Of a stretch of 32,000 nt of DNA, positions 17,373 through 26,150 are shown piece by piece. The first letter of the stretch is position 1. The number at the start of each line of letters is the position of its first letter. Both the position numbers and the translations under genes were made by a program. The stretch comes from Candidatus Electronema aureum (lineage in GTDB: Bacteria > Desulfobacterota > Desulfobulbia > Desulfobulbales > Desulfobulbaceae). The notes beneath the pieces are model-generated. The model saw nothing but the letters and a program-made list of their open reading frames with translations, was not told the origin of the DNA and ran no database searches. The DNA is taken from assembly GCA_004284765.1 (NCBI GenBank), contig NQJD01000004.1, positions 60,001 through 92,000 of the forward strand, read 5' to 3'.

Positions 17373-19535
17373 TTACGGTTCCACCATTACCACTTCTCTT
17401 GGCCTTGAACCGTCGGACGGCCCGATGATGCCATCTCGCTCCATCATCTCAATCATCCGGGCCGCGCGATTGTACCCCACCCGCAGCTTGCGCTGAAGCA
17501 TGGAGATTGAGGCTTGGCGGGTCTCCTTAACCACAGTCACGGCCTGATCATAGAACTCGTCATAATCATCCTCGCCGTCTGCCGCTTCCTCTTCAGTAAT
17601 CTTGAGAACCGACTCGTCGTAGTCAGCTCCGCCCTGTGCTTTCAGAAAATTGATAATTCGCTCAGTTTCTTCTTCGGAGATGTACGCCCCGTGAATGCGC
17701 TGGAGTTTGGCTGCGCCTGGCGGTAGAAAGAGCATGTCGCCCGCGCCAAGCAGATGTTCAGCCCCGGAGCTGTCGAGGATGGTGCGGGAATCGACCTTTG
17801 AGGAAACTTTGAAGGAAATTCGAGTAGGAAAGTTGGCCTTGATCAGGCCGGTGAGAACATCCACTGAAGGCCGCTGTGTTGCTAAGATGATGTGCATTCC
17901 AGCGGCCCGTGCCATCTGCGCCAAGCGGGCAATCGAAGTCTCCACGTCCTTGGAAGCCACCATCATTAAGTCGGCTAATTCATCGACAATGATGACGATA
18001 TAAGGCAGCTTTTCCTCAGCGGTCTCGTTGTAAGAGGTGATGGATTTAACCCGCGCCTCCTCCAGCAGCTTGTAGCGTCGCTCCATTTCTCGCACCGCCC
18101 AAAGTAAGGCGCGGCTGGCCATCTTTGGTTCAACCACCACCGGATGGAGCAAATGAGGAATGCCCTCATACGTCGAAAGCTCGATCCGCTTAGGATCGAT
18201 CAGGAGCAGGCGCACTAAGTCCGGCGTAGCTTTGTACAAAATGGAGCAGATGAAAGCATTAATCGCCACCGACTTGCCCGCGCCCGTGGCTCCGGCGATA
18301 AGCAGATGCGGCATCTTGGCTAAGTTGGCCACAGCGGGTTGACCAACGACATCAACACCGAGGGCAATAGTCAGAAAAGAAGCTGAATTTTGGTACGCGC
18401 TACCGAGCAAAATGTCGCGGAGAAAAACCGTCTTGCGCTGAGGATTAGGTATCTCAATGCCAATGGCCGCTTTGCCGGGAATTGAACCGACCACCCGTAC
18501 CCGATCCACCTTCAGCACCATCGCTATATCATCAGCCAAGTTGACGATCTTGTTGATCTTGATACCCGCTGCTGGGGCAAATTCGTAGGTTGTTACCACC
18601 GGCCCCGGCGAAACTCCAACTACTTCTCCTTCAACCGCAAAGTCGAGCAGCTTGGCCAGCAAGATTTTGCTGACTTCATCATAATGCTGCCGGTCGATTT
18701 CAATGTCTTCTTGGTTATTTTCCTCCAGCAAAGAAATCGGCGGCAACTGGAAGTCCCGTTTGATGATTGGCTTCTTTTTAGGCAGAGTCTCGGCCTTATC
18801 GGATGTTGCGGTTGATTCCGACTCGCGGATAAAAGGCAGCTTTTGGACAATAACCGACAGGCTCGACAAAATCTTCATCGCTTCTTCAGCCTGCGGCGGA
18901 GGCAGTAGAGCTTTGCGCTGCTCTCGCTCGGCCTGCCAATCAGCCAGTTTTTCCTGTGCAACCAAGGCTCCTTCTGCTGTTGTTTTCACTGCCGCCGTTG
19001 TCTGTTCCCACGTCCAAGCGGCAAAGGCGAGGGGTGAAAAACGGATGGCTGCCATCAGCGAAAAGAGCAAAAGCAACAAGAGAAGCAGCACCGAACCAAC
19101 CGTACCCAACACACCTTCCAGCAGTCCCCAGATCAGGTGGCCGAGAAAGCCACCTATCAGGATGGAATTTATTGAAAAAACCAGCTGCTCTGCCCAAGCC
19201 AGCAACCCCGATGCAGCCAGCAAAACACCGGTCAGTCCGGCAACGATGAAAGGTAGGCGATCAAAAACGGCGCGGGCAGTGAGGACAGCAATGGCAAGAT
19301 AGAAGAGCAGCAGCGGTGGAAAAAACGAAATCAGCCCAAAAAAGGAAAGCAGATAACGAGCCGTGTAATTGCCGAAGTGACCACACCAGTTTTCCGCCGG
19401 AAGCTGGGGTAATGGTTGCTGGCCGAGCAGAGGCAGGCTGTAACTGATCAAACTGAGCAGCAGCACTGCGCCGAGAAAGAGACAGGTGACTGCCGCCGCC
19501 TCCTGATGAAGGGCTGCTTGGTTGCGCGGAGGCAT
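17373..19535 (-). CDS. ftsK: DNA translocase FtsK/SpoIIIE
   Basis: N-terminal TM helices, Walker A GATGAGKSV, Walker B IVIIVDELADLMM, and the gamma winged-helix SISMLQRKLRVGYNRAARMIEMME. Confidence 0.95.
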   Translation of the reverse strand: MPPRNQAALHQEAAAVTCLFLGAVLLLSLISYSLPLLGQQPLPQLPAENWCGHFGNYTARYLLSFFGLISFFPPLLLFYLAIAVLTARAVFDRLPFIVAGLTGVLLAASGLLAWAEQLVFSINSILIGGFLGHLIWGLLEGVLGTVGSVLLLLLLLLFSLMAAIRFSPLAFAAWTWEQTTAAVKTTAEGALVAQEKLADWQAEREQRKALLPPPQAEEAMKILSSLSVIVQKLPFIRESESTATSDKAETLPKKKPIIKRDFQLPPISLLEENNQEDIEIDRQHYDEVSKILLAKLLDFAVEGEVVGVSPGPVVTTYEFAPAAGIKINKIVNLADDIAMVLKVDRVRVVGSIPGKAAIGIEIPNPQRKTVFLRDILLGSAYQNSASFLTIALGVDVVGQPAVANLAKMPHLLIAGATGAGKSVAINAFICSILYKATPDLVRLLLIDPKRIELSTYEGIPHLLHPVVVEPKMASRALLWAVREMERRYKLLEEARVKSITSYNETAEEKLPYIVIIVDELADLMMVASKDVETSIARLAQMARAAGMHIILATQRPSVDVLTGLIKANFPTRISFKVSSKVDSRTILDSSGAEHLLGAGDMLFLPPGAAKLQRIHGAYISEEETERIINFLKAQGGADYDESVLKITEEEAADGEDDYDEFYDQAVTVVKETRQASISMLQRKLRVGYNRAARMIEMMERDGIIGPSDGSRPREVVMVEP

Positions 19536-19552
19536 GGCACAGATGAAAAAAC

Positions 19553-19972
19553 TCAGTCCTTCCCTTGCAGTCCGTCGAGAATGCCATTTATAAACGCTAC
19601 CGCATCCGGTTCAGCGTAGCGTTTGGCAATTTCCAGAGCCTCGTTGATAGCGACGGTAGCAGGAATTTCCTCCTTGCCGTATTTCATCTCGTAGGCGGCG
19701 ATGCGGAGAATGTTGCGGTCAACGGCTGCCATGCGCTCCACCCGCCAGTTGTGGGAGCTTCGGGAAAGCAGGTTGTCGATTTCTTGGCGATGGCGGCAGA
19801 TACCCGCGATGAGCTGTTCGGCATAGGCGATAGACTTGGCATCTACAGGAAAACAAACGCAAAACTCATTTACGCGGGCGAGCAGCTCCTCTTCGTTGCA
19901 GGAGCCTTCCTGCACGTCGTGGCCGTAGAGGAATTGAAGGGCCAGTTCCCGTGATTTTCTTCGCAGGCCCAT
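19553..19972 (-). CDS. nusB: transcription antitermination factor NusB
   Basis: 139 aa. RELALQFLY...AAVDRNILRIAAYEM...INEALEIAKRY. The ATG overlaps the ribH stop as TAATG. Confidence 0.9.
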   Translation of the reverse strand: MGLRRKSRELALQFLYGHDVQEGSCNEEELLARVNEFCVCFPVDAKSIAYAEQLIAGICRHRQEIDNLLSRSSHNWRVERMAAVDRNILRIAAYEMKYGKEEIPATVAINEALEIAKRYAEPDAVAFINGILDGLQGKD

Positions 19973-20436
19973 TACAGCTGATTGATCAGGCTGATCATTT
20001 CCAGAGCAGCCACGGCTACATCCGCGCCCTTGTTACCAGCTTTAGTACCAGCTCTCTCAATGGCCTGCTCGATGGATTCGGTGGTCAACACGCCGAACAG
20101 CACCGGAATGCCGGTATCCAGCATGACTTGCGCACTGCCTTTGGCGACTTCATTGGCGACAAAGTCAAAATGCGGTGTTGCGCCCCGGATGACCACGCCA
20201 AGGCAGATCACTGCATCATATTTGCCGGAGCGGGCCATCTTCTGCGTGGCCAGCGGAATCTCAAACGCGCCAGGCACCCGCGCCACGTCAATGTCGTCGC
20301 CCTTCACGCCGGAGCGTGTCAGAATGTCCAATGCGCCTTCAAGCAGCTTTTCCGAGATGAAAGAATTGAAGCGGGAAACCACAATCCCGATCTTGCGCCC
20401 GTTGCCTTGCAGACTGCCTTCGATGAAGTTTGCCAT
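19972..20436 (-). CDS. ribH: 6,7-dimethyl-8-ribityllumazine synthase
   Basis: MANFIEGSL...[21 protein letters not shown]...GAFEIP. I place the start at ATG 20436. The tracked start at 20457 is a TTG. Confidence 0.95.
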   Translation of the reverse strand: MANFIEGSLQGNGRKIGIVVSRFNSFISEKLLEGALDILTRSGVKGDDIDVARVPGAFEIPLATQKMARSGKYDAVICLGVVIRGATPHFDFVANEVAKGSAQVMLDTGIPVLFGVLTTESIEQAIERAGTKAGNKGADVAVAALEMISLINQL

Positions 20437-20457
20437 TATCCGTTTTATGGTGGTCAA

Positions 20458-20787
20458 TTAAAAAGAAAAAAAATCCTGCAAACAGGCGATCATCTTGATC
20501 TGAGTTCCTTTTGAGATTGCGCCCATTTTTTTCATGAGCCTCGATTTGTCAACAGAACGCATCTGATCAAGCAGAATCAGCCCAGTCTTATTCTGAAATA
20601 TGCATGGAATTCTGGTTGGAAAGCTGAAACCTTTGGAGGTCATCGGCGCAATGATCGCGGTGTTCAAGGCGGACATTTCGTCTGGAGAAATGACAACACA
20701 AGGTCTGGTCTTGTTGATTTCAGAACCTTGTGTTGGGTCGAGCTGCACCAGCCAGATTTCAAAACGATGGACTTCCAGCCTCACCAT
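20458..20787 (-). CDS. mazF: type II toxin, MazF/PemK family endoribonuclease
   Basis: FEIWLVQLDPTQGSEINKTRPCVVISPDEM is a PemK-fold signature. The ATG at 20787 overlaps the antitoxin stop by 7 nt. Confidence 0.85.
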   Translation of the reverse strand: MVRLEVHRFEIWLVQLDPTQGSEINKTRPCVVISPDEMSALNTAIIAPMTSKGFSFPTRIPCIFQNKTGLILLDQMRSVDKSRLMKKMGAISKGTQIKMIACLQDFFSF

Positions 20788-21035
20788 TCCCAATCCTCAT
20801 CAGTGGTCAGCGGCGCATCAAGCCATTCCTGATCTGTAGCGCTTGCCTCCTGACATCGAAGGGCTTGGTCAAACTGCTCTTTCCAGCCCTGCCGGGGCTT
20901 TCTGACTGGCTGAATCAGCAGGCCGTCATCAACCACTTTAAATTGCAGCTCGCTGTGTTGCAGGTGCGCCTGCTCGATGATTGCTTTTGGAATCCGCACA
21001 CCGTGTGAATTCCCAATTCTGATCAATGTGGCCAT
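20781..21035 (-). CDS. mazE: type II antitoxin, MazE-like AbrB/SpoVT domain
   Basis: 84 aa. IRIGNSHGVRIPKAIIEQA is a swapped-hairpin AbrB motif, with an acidic C-terminal tail (TTDEDWEW). GGAGGAA lies upstream of the ATG. Confidence 0.8.
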   Translation of the reverse strand: MATLIRIGNSHGVRIPKAIIEQAHLQHSELQFKVVDDGLLIQPVRKPRQGWKEQFDQALRCQEASATDQEWLDAPLTTDEDWEW

Positions 21036-21067
21036 GCCGTTCCTCCGATTTCCGTCTGCATAGTCAC

Positions 21068-21096
21068 ATTGTAATCACAAAAAAGCAATCTGTCAA
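21068..21096 (-). promoter_or_regulatory. near-consensus sigma70 promoter for mazEF
   Basis: On the minus strand, TTGACA (21096-21091), a 17-nt spacer, then TACAAT (21073-21068). It lies in the 64-nt gap after the ribBA stop. A TGTGA-N6-TGTGA direct repeat overlaps the -10 element. Confidence 0.6.
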
Positions 21097-21099
21097 ATA

Positions 21100-22344
21100 T
21101 CATGGCTCCCCAACCACCGGCCCTTGCGGCTCGTCGCCATACAGCTCCAGCAGGTGGCCCATCTTATCGCGCTTGCAGCGGAGGTACTCCCGTGTCTCGC
21201 ACTCACAGACCATCTCTATCGGCAGGCGGGCGACCGCCTCCAAACCGTATCCTTCCAGCCCGATGAGTTTCTTCGGGTTGTTGGTCAGCAGGCGCATTTT
21301 GCGCACGCCGAGATCGCGGAGAATCTGCGCCCCGATGCCGTAATCGCGCAGATCGGGCTTGAAGCCGAGATGAATGTTGGCCTCGACCGTGTCCAAGCCT
21401 TCCTCGTCTTGCAGCTGATAGGCCCGCAGCTTGTTGACCAACCCAATGCCCCGGCCTTCCTGCCGCATGTAGAGGATCACACCCTTGCCTTCCTGATCTA
21501 CCATTTTCATGGCCGCTTGCAGCTGCGAGCCGCAGTCGCAGCGCGAGGAGCCGAACACGTCGCCGGTCAGGCACTCGGAATGCACCCGCACCATCACCGG
21601 CTCGTCCGGGCTGATTTCACCCTTGACCAAGGCGATGTGCTCGAAATCATCCACTTCGTTTTTGTAGGCAATGATCTTGAATTCCCCAGCATGGGAGGTG
21701 GGCAGCCGCGCCTCCGCCACCCGATGCACCAGCACGTCCTCGCGCAGACGATAGGCGACCAGATCGGCGACTGTGGCAATCTTCAGGCCGTGTTTTTCGG
21801 CGAAAATCTCCAAATCCGGCATCCGGGCCATTGTGCCGTCATCCTTCATGATCTCGCAGATAACACCGGCTGTCCGCAGCCCGGCAAGGCGGGCCAAATC
21901 AACCGAGCCTTCGGTCTGGCCGGTGCGCACCAGCACCCCGCCCTTACGCGCCCGCAGCGGGAAGATATGGCCGGGGCTGATGATGTCGCGGGGCGTGGCA
22001 TCCGGGTCGGCGGCGGCCTGAATGGTGCGGGCGCGGTCAGCGGCGGAGATGCCTGTTGTCACGCCGGTACGGGCCTCAATGCTGATGGTGAAGCCGGTGC
22101 CATAGGGCGACTGGTTGTTCTGCACCATCATCGGCAGACCGAGCTGGTCAATGATGTCAGGACTCAGGGTCAGGCAAATCAGGCCGCGCCCGTGGGTGGC
22201 CATGAAATTGATAGCCTCCGGAGTGACCGCCGTTGCGGCCATACAGAGGTCGCCCTCGTTCTCCCGGTCTTCATCATCCACGAGGATGATCATTTTCCCG
22301 GCCCCGATGTCTTGTATCGCCTCTTCAATGGAACAGACCGCCAT
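21100..22344 (-). CDS. ribBA: bifunctional 3,4-dihydroxy-2-butanone-4-phosphate synthase / GTP cyclohydrolase II
   Basis: DDEDRENEGDL (DHBP synthase) and VRVHSECLTGDVFGSSRCDCG (GCH II zinc site). Confidence 0.95.
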   Translation of the reverse strand: MAVCSIEEAIQDIGAGKMIILVDDEDRENEGDLCMAATAVTPEAINFMATHGRGLICLTLSPDIIDQLGLPMMVQNNQSPYGTGFTISIEARTGVTTGISAADRARTIQAAADPDATPRDIISPGHIFPLRARKGGVLVRTGQTEGSVDLARLAGLRTAGVICEIMKDDGTMARMPDLEIFAEKHGLKIATVADLVAYRLREDVLVHRVAEARLPTSHAGEFKIIAYKNEVDDFEHIALVKGEISPDEPVMVRVHSECLTGDVFGSSRCDCGSQLQAAMKMVDQEGKGVILYMRQEGRGIGLVNKLRAYQLQDEEGLDTVEANIHLGFKPDLRDYGIGAQILRDLGVRKMRLLTNNPKKLIGLEGYGLEAVARLPIEMVCECETREYLRCKRDKMGHLLELYGDEPQGPVVGEP

Positions 22345-22373
22345 GATGCGCTCCCGCTCGGAATCAGAATTTT

Positions 22374-23027
22374 TCAGCGCAGGAATCCGTGCTCGGCCAA
22401 AAAAGCCGGGTTGATTCTGCTTTCAGCTACTCCGGCATCCTTGGCCGCGAGCAGCTTTTCCACGTATTTGCCAATCAGGTCAACCTCCAGATTCACCTGG
22501 TCGCCCGCTTTCAGGCCGCCGAGCGTCGTCACCGCCAGCGTGTGCGGAATGATCGAGACTGAAAAGCGGCTGCCCGCGCAGGAGTTGACTGTCAGGCTGA
22601 CCCCGTCAATGGTGATTGACCCCTTCTCAATAACATATTTGGCCAGCTTTTGCTCAAGAGAAAAGGTGAAGAGCGTGAAATCTCCTGCGGCCCGGCGTTC
22701 CTCAACCCGGCCCTGGGTATCCACGTGGCCGCTGACGAGGTGGCCGCCGAGCCGGTCAGCCAAGCGCAGGGCGCGCTCCAGATTGACCTTGCTGCCGATT
22801 GCCAATCCGCCCAAGTTGGTGCGCGATAGGCTTTCCGGTGAGACATCGGCCAGAAAGTGGCGGCCCTGAATGTCGCGGGCGGTCAGGCAGACCCCGTTGA
22901 CCGCGATGGACTCGCCTTCCTGCGGCTCAGTCAGGTCAAAGCCCGCCTCAATGCGGAAGACCATACCACCGCCCACAGGCCGCTTTTCCAGCACTGCGCC
23001 CAAGCTTTGAATGATGCCGGTGAACAT
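22374..23027 (-). CDS. ribE: riboflavin synthase alpha chain
   Basis: MFTGIIQSLG..., an internal duplication, and GGHLVSGHVD. Confidence 0.95.
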   Translation of the reverse strand: MFTGIIQSLGAVLEKRPVGGGMVFRIEAGFDLTEPQEGESIAVNGVCLTARDIQGRHFLADVSPESLSRTNLGGLAIGSKVNLERALRLADRLGGHLVSGHVDTQGRVEERRAAGDFTLFTFSLEQKLAKYVIEKGSITIDGVSLTVNSCAGSRFSVSIIPHTLAVTTLGGLKAGDQVNLEVDLIGKYVEKLLAAKDAGVAESRINPAFLAEHGFLR

Positions 23028-23030
23028 CGC

Positions 23031-23630
23031 TTAAGCCCGCTCCAGCTCATCGGCGCGGGCGGCAAATTCCTCGGCCATGCGCTGGTGCTTGAAATTTCTG
23101 TGAATCGCGGCAATAGTGCGATAGGTTTCCGCCGCCTTGAGCTTGTCGCCCTTTTCTTGGTACAGCTCGGCGATCACCGTCATTGTCTCCACCATGCCCT
23201 TCGGGTCTTTGGTGAGCTGATAATGCTCAACCATGTCAAAGGCATACTCCAAGGCTTGGTCGAATTCGCCCAGTTTGCCGTGCGCCGCCGCCATCTTTTT
23301 GTTAAGAGCAAGGATGGAGAAGGAATCCTCCTCTTTCTCGCAGATGGCATAAGCGCGGCTATAATGCGCCAAGGCGGCGGCGTAGTCCTGCCGCTCCAAG
23401 CAGACATCGCCGAACCGGTCTGCGGCGTTGGCAACGCCCGCCTCGTCGCCTTGCTCCTCAAAGCCTTTCAGGGCGTTGTGAAAGGCCATTGCCGCCATTG
23501 CGTATTCGCCTTTTTTGAACTGCTCGCGGCCTTCGAGGTAATCGCGTTTGGCCGGGTCGTTTTCCGCTGCGACCGGTGCCGATTCTGTTGGGCAAAGGGA
23601 ACTTAGCGGCTGTGTGAAGGTGGATGACAT
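23031..23630 (-). CDS. TPR-repeat protein
   Basis: 199 aa of repeated A-x-x-Y/F helical hairpins (GEYAMAAMAFHNALK, QDYAAALAHYSRAY, GEFDQALEYAF). There is only a 3-nt gap to the ribE start. Confidence 0.7.
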   Translation of the reverse strand: MSSTFTQPLSSLCPTESAPVAAENDPAKRDYLEGREQFKKGEYAMAAMAFHNALKGFEEQGDEAGVANAADRFGDVCLERQDYAAALAHYSRAYAICEKEEDSFSILALNKKMAAAHGKLGEFDQALEYAFDMVEHYQLTKDPKGMVETMTVIAELYQEKGDKLKAAETYRTIAAIHRNFKHQRMAEEFAARADELERA

Positions 23631-23648
23631 TATTTTTTTTCCGTAGTG

Positions 23649-24437
23649 TTATAGCTTGTTCAACGCCGCATCCAAGGTCGCTTTAATCCGCTTTTTCTCA
23701 ATTTCAGGATCAACCTTCTGGAGGTACTCCACCGCTGCCAAGTCATCGCCACGTCTTCTGTTTTGGCGTGGCTCCAGAGCTTCAATCAGAATAGCTTCCA
23801 AAGCTGGAATCATATTCACCGCTTGGTAAATCTCAGGCAATGCGTCAATCTGCCCGTCACCAGAAATCGGCAACAAGCCGAACCACGAAAAACGGTCCCA
23901 GCGCACCGCCAGCCGGTCTTTAGTGTGTTCATACAGCCGTTTTCCCAGAGGTCGTTCCGTGCTTCTGCCAACATAAATTACTTCCCTGCCGTCATACAGC
24001 AAATAAATGCCAAGCTGCTTGCAGAAATCAACCGGCGTGGCTCCGATTTGCTGTATTCCGAGCAGTTTTGGCGTTGCATTCCATTCCACAGCATTCCTCT
24101 GCCAAAACATACCAAATGATGTGATGATTGTTTCGCGCTGTTCTTCTACCTCTTCCTGTTTAATGGCATCAGGTGCAATGTCGTGTACGTCTGAGATTGA
24201 CACACCTTTTTGCAAGGTGAAAATTCCTTTGTCAATACGAATATATGGTGAATTATCTCCATCATGCTTGATAGATGCAGATATTTGCGCACCTACTGTA
24301 GCCAACGGAGTGGCTCCAAGATTCTTTCTTAAGCCATCAGCGACAATCCTCTCTGTTATTTCTTTGTAATGCAGAGGAGTTTCTGACATAGATAATACTT
24401 TTACAATCGCTTTTTGCCACGTTAATTCTGATGCCAT
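23649..24437 (-). CDS. HARE-HTH domain plus GIY-YIG nuclease domain protein
   Basis: The N-terminus LTWQKAIVKVLSMSETPLHYKEITERIV...ATVGAQISASIK resembles the HARE-HTH/RpoE-delta N-domain. The C-terminus has GIYLLYDGREVIYVGRSTERPLGKRLYEH, then EAILIEALEP and QNRRRG, which are GIY-YIG core residues. I place the start at the ATG of MASELTW. The tracked start at 24464 is a TTG. Confidence 0.7.
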   Translation of the reverse strand: MASELTWQKAIVKVLSMSETPLHYKEITERIVADGLRKNLGATPLATVGAQISASIKHDGDNSPYIRIDKGIFTLQKGVSISDVHDIAPDAIKQEEVEEQRETIITSFGMFWQRNAVEWNATPKLLGIQQIGATPVDFCKQLGIYLLYDGREVIYVGRSTERPLGKRLYEHTKDRLAVRWDRFSWFGLLPISGDGQIDALPEIYQAVNMIPALEAILIEALEPRQNRRRGDDLAAVEYLQKVDPEIEKKRIKATLDAALNKL

Positions 24438-24956
24438 GACTTGCTCTTTAGTGTGATTTGTCAATTTGAAACTTGCCTTTGCCGCAGCTCAACCGTTCCA
24501 ACAAGTCTCCTTACTTACAACAACGGTTTGAGGTTGAAAAAAGTTCGGGCAGACATTCACTTTTTTTATTTTTTCTTTCCGAGAACACCTCATTGATAAT
24601 GAGGTGACCATTTTTTACTATTTTACCGCATAACTCTGCATCTCCACCACTGCCTCTGTCACCAAAGTCTCTACTGTTGGCCGCGCTTATACACGGTGTG
24701 TATTTTTCTGCAAGGCTATAACCTGAGAGCTGAATATGCAAGCAATTATTCATAGCATAGTTCTCTTGATTCCAACGTTAAGACCACAAGCTGAGTTACG
24801 TAGTTCAAAGTACAAAATGAACAATTCAACATACTCTTTTGGTGTATATATTCGAAAAAAACTGGAAAGGCTGTACTGGCTTGCCCGCTGTGATACGGCT
24901 GTAACACCTGAAGAACGGGTTAGCCGTAAATAGATAATGAATTTACTTGAGGTAGT

Positions 24957-25034
24957 TGGTCGGGGCGGCAGGATTCGAACCTGCGACCTCCTGCTCCCAA
25001 GGCAGGCGCGCTAACCAGGCTGCGCTACGCCCCG
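24957..25034 (-). tRNA. tRNA-Pro (anticodon TGG)
   Basis: Hand-folded. Acceptor CGGGGCG/CGCCCCG, anticodon stem CCTGC/GCAGG with loop CTTGGGA, T-arm GCAGG-TTCGAAT-CCTGC, encoded CCA. Confidence 0.95.
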
Positions 25035-25098
25035 ACGAAAGCTGCCCACACAGCATAACGTTTTTTTGAACCAAACGCAACCTTTTTTATTTTTCTGC

Positions 25099-25127
25099 TT
25101 GACTCTTTTTCGCCGTCATGATAAATA
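25099..25127 (+). promoter_or_regulatory. putative promoter for tRNA-Asn
   Basis: TTGACT (25099-25104), a 17-nt spacer, then TAAATA (25122-25127), about 35 nt upstream of the tRNA 5' end. Confidence 0.45.
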
Positions 25128-25161
25128 TCCTCAGCAACACTGCTGCACAAGCAATGTCTAA

Positions 25162-25237
25162 TCCTCGGTAGCTCAGTCGGTAGAGCAGGTGACTGTTAAT
25201 CACCCTGTCGGCGGTTCGAGTCCGTCCCGGGGAGCCA
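25162..25237 (+). tRNA. tRNA-Asn (anticodon GTT)
   Basis: Acceptor TCCTCGG/CCGGGGA, D-arm GCTC-AGTCGGTA-GAGC, anticodon loop CTGTTAA, T-loop TTCGAGT, encoded CCA. Confidence 0.95.
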
Positions 25238-25272
25238 AGTTCATTCCCGCTTCACACAGCGTTTTTCGTGAA

Positions 25273-25300
25273 AGCCCGCCCAATCCAGCGGGCTTTTTTG
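25273..25300 (+). terminator. rho-independent terminator after tRNA-Asn
   Basis: Stem agcccgc/gcgggct with loop ccaatcca, followed by tttttt. Confidence 0.7.
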
Positions 25301-25514
25301 TTTCGTTTCCTCGCCCCCCGTAGACCTACCCGTCGTTCTCCTCAGAAGTTGCAGCAAGTGAGTAATCGCTGCATTATGCCTTGGTTCTCTTGCAGAAAAC
25401 TGCCTCCTCTGCTATTATCGCTTGTCGTCGTGCCGTTCATGATGAGAGTTCAGCCCAGCATTCATCCCGCCGCGTAGTGTCAGCGGCGTTCATCTTTGCC
25501 GCAAGGAAAACAAG

Positions 25515-26150
25515 ATGTCAGAAAAACAAGTTACTGTGCCGATTGAAGCCGTGATCGCAGAGCTGGAAAAGGTCTGCCAAGAGAATCCAAATAACCTGAT
25601 TGTGCATCACAAACTTGGCCTGCTCTACCGCCAATCTGGGCGTATCGGTGAGGCGATCCGTGAGTTAGAACGGGCGATTGAGTTAGATGATCACTCGGTG
25701 GAAAGCTACATCAACCTTGGCGCGATCTATTTTGATCAAGGCGAAGTTGACCGTGCCTTAGCTTTGAATGAAAAGGCCTTGTCGATCACGCCGCAGATGG
25801 CTGAGGCGCATGTCAATATCGGCCTGATCCGTCAGCAAGAGGGTGATGCAGAAGCAGCCGTCGAGTGCTACGAAAAGGCGATTCAGATTGATCCGCATTT
25901 GCTTACAGCCTGGATTAACCTGACTTCCGCCTGTACTATGCTGGCCCAAGATGACAAAGCGATAGAATCAGCCCGGCAAGCAGTAACGCTGGAACCAGAC
26001 AGCAGTATGGCTCGCAACAATCTGGCCGTGGCCCTCTATTTTGCTCAAGAGTATGAAGAATCTTGGCAGCACATAGAGAGAGCAACGGAGCTGGGCTACT
26101 CGGTTTCGCCCCGTTTTATTCAGGTCTTACAAGAGAAGCTGGGGAAATAA
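25515..26150 (+). CDS. TPR-repeat protein
   Basis: 211 aa with at least five clear 34-aa TPR units (HHKLGLLYRQSGRIGEAIRELERAIELD, YINLGAIYFDQGEVDRALALNEKAL and others). Confidence 0.8.
   Translation: MSEKQVTVPIEAVIAELEKVCQENPNNLIVHHKLGLLYRQSGRIGEAIRELERAIELDDHSVESYINLGAIYFDQGEVDRALALNEKALSITPQMAEAHVNIGLIRQQEGDAEAAVECYEKAIQIDPHLLTAWINLTSACTMLAQDDKAIESARQAVTLEPDSSMARNNLAVALYFAQEYEESWQHIERATELGYSVSPRFIQVLQEKLGK

Noticed and set aside
21124-22869. 581-aa ORF on the plus strand, the longest of several long antisense ORFs. Others are 6023-6796, 8485-9156, 10035-10664, 15265-16227, 19951-20514 and 22857-23606.
   Set aside because: Each lies entirely antisense to a gene with unmistakable family motifs (ribBA/ribE, gmd, glgC, the NACHT NTPase, ribH, TPR). 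Their translations are low-complexity and rich in Arg, Ala, Gly and Pro. These are typical shadow ORFs of GC-rich DNA.
22345-23648. FMN (RFN) riboswitch upstream of the riboflavin genes.
   Set aside because: The intergenic gaps are only 29, 3 and 18 nt, and I recognised no RFN-like conserved core. ribD and any riboswitch must lie elsewhere.
24511-24753. 80-aa ORF (minus strand) and an overlapping 65-aa ORF (plus strand, 24736-24933) in the AT-rich stretch next to tRNA-Pro.
   Set aside because: No recognisable motif, no convincing RBS, and ORFs of this length arise by chance. They are possibly decayed island remnants. I do not call either as a gene.
23631-24956. Looked for an integrase gene or a direct repeat of the tRNA-Pro 3' segment (tggtcggggcggcagg...) marking an island boundary.
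   Set aside because: None found by eye in the window, so the islet interpretation rests only on composition and position.
26063-26149. Tracked upstream start for the zinc-ribbon/HEAT protein, overlapping the TPR gene by 88 nt.
   Set aside because: The ATG at 26150 forms a TAATG junction with the TPR stop, which gives a more parsimonious coupled arrangement.
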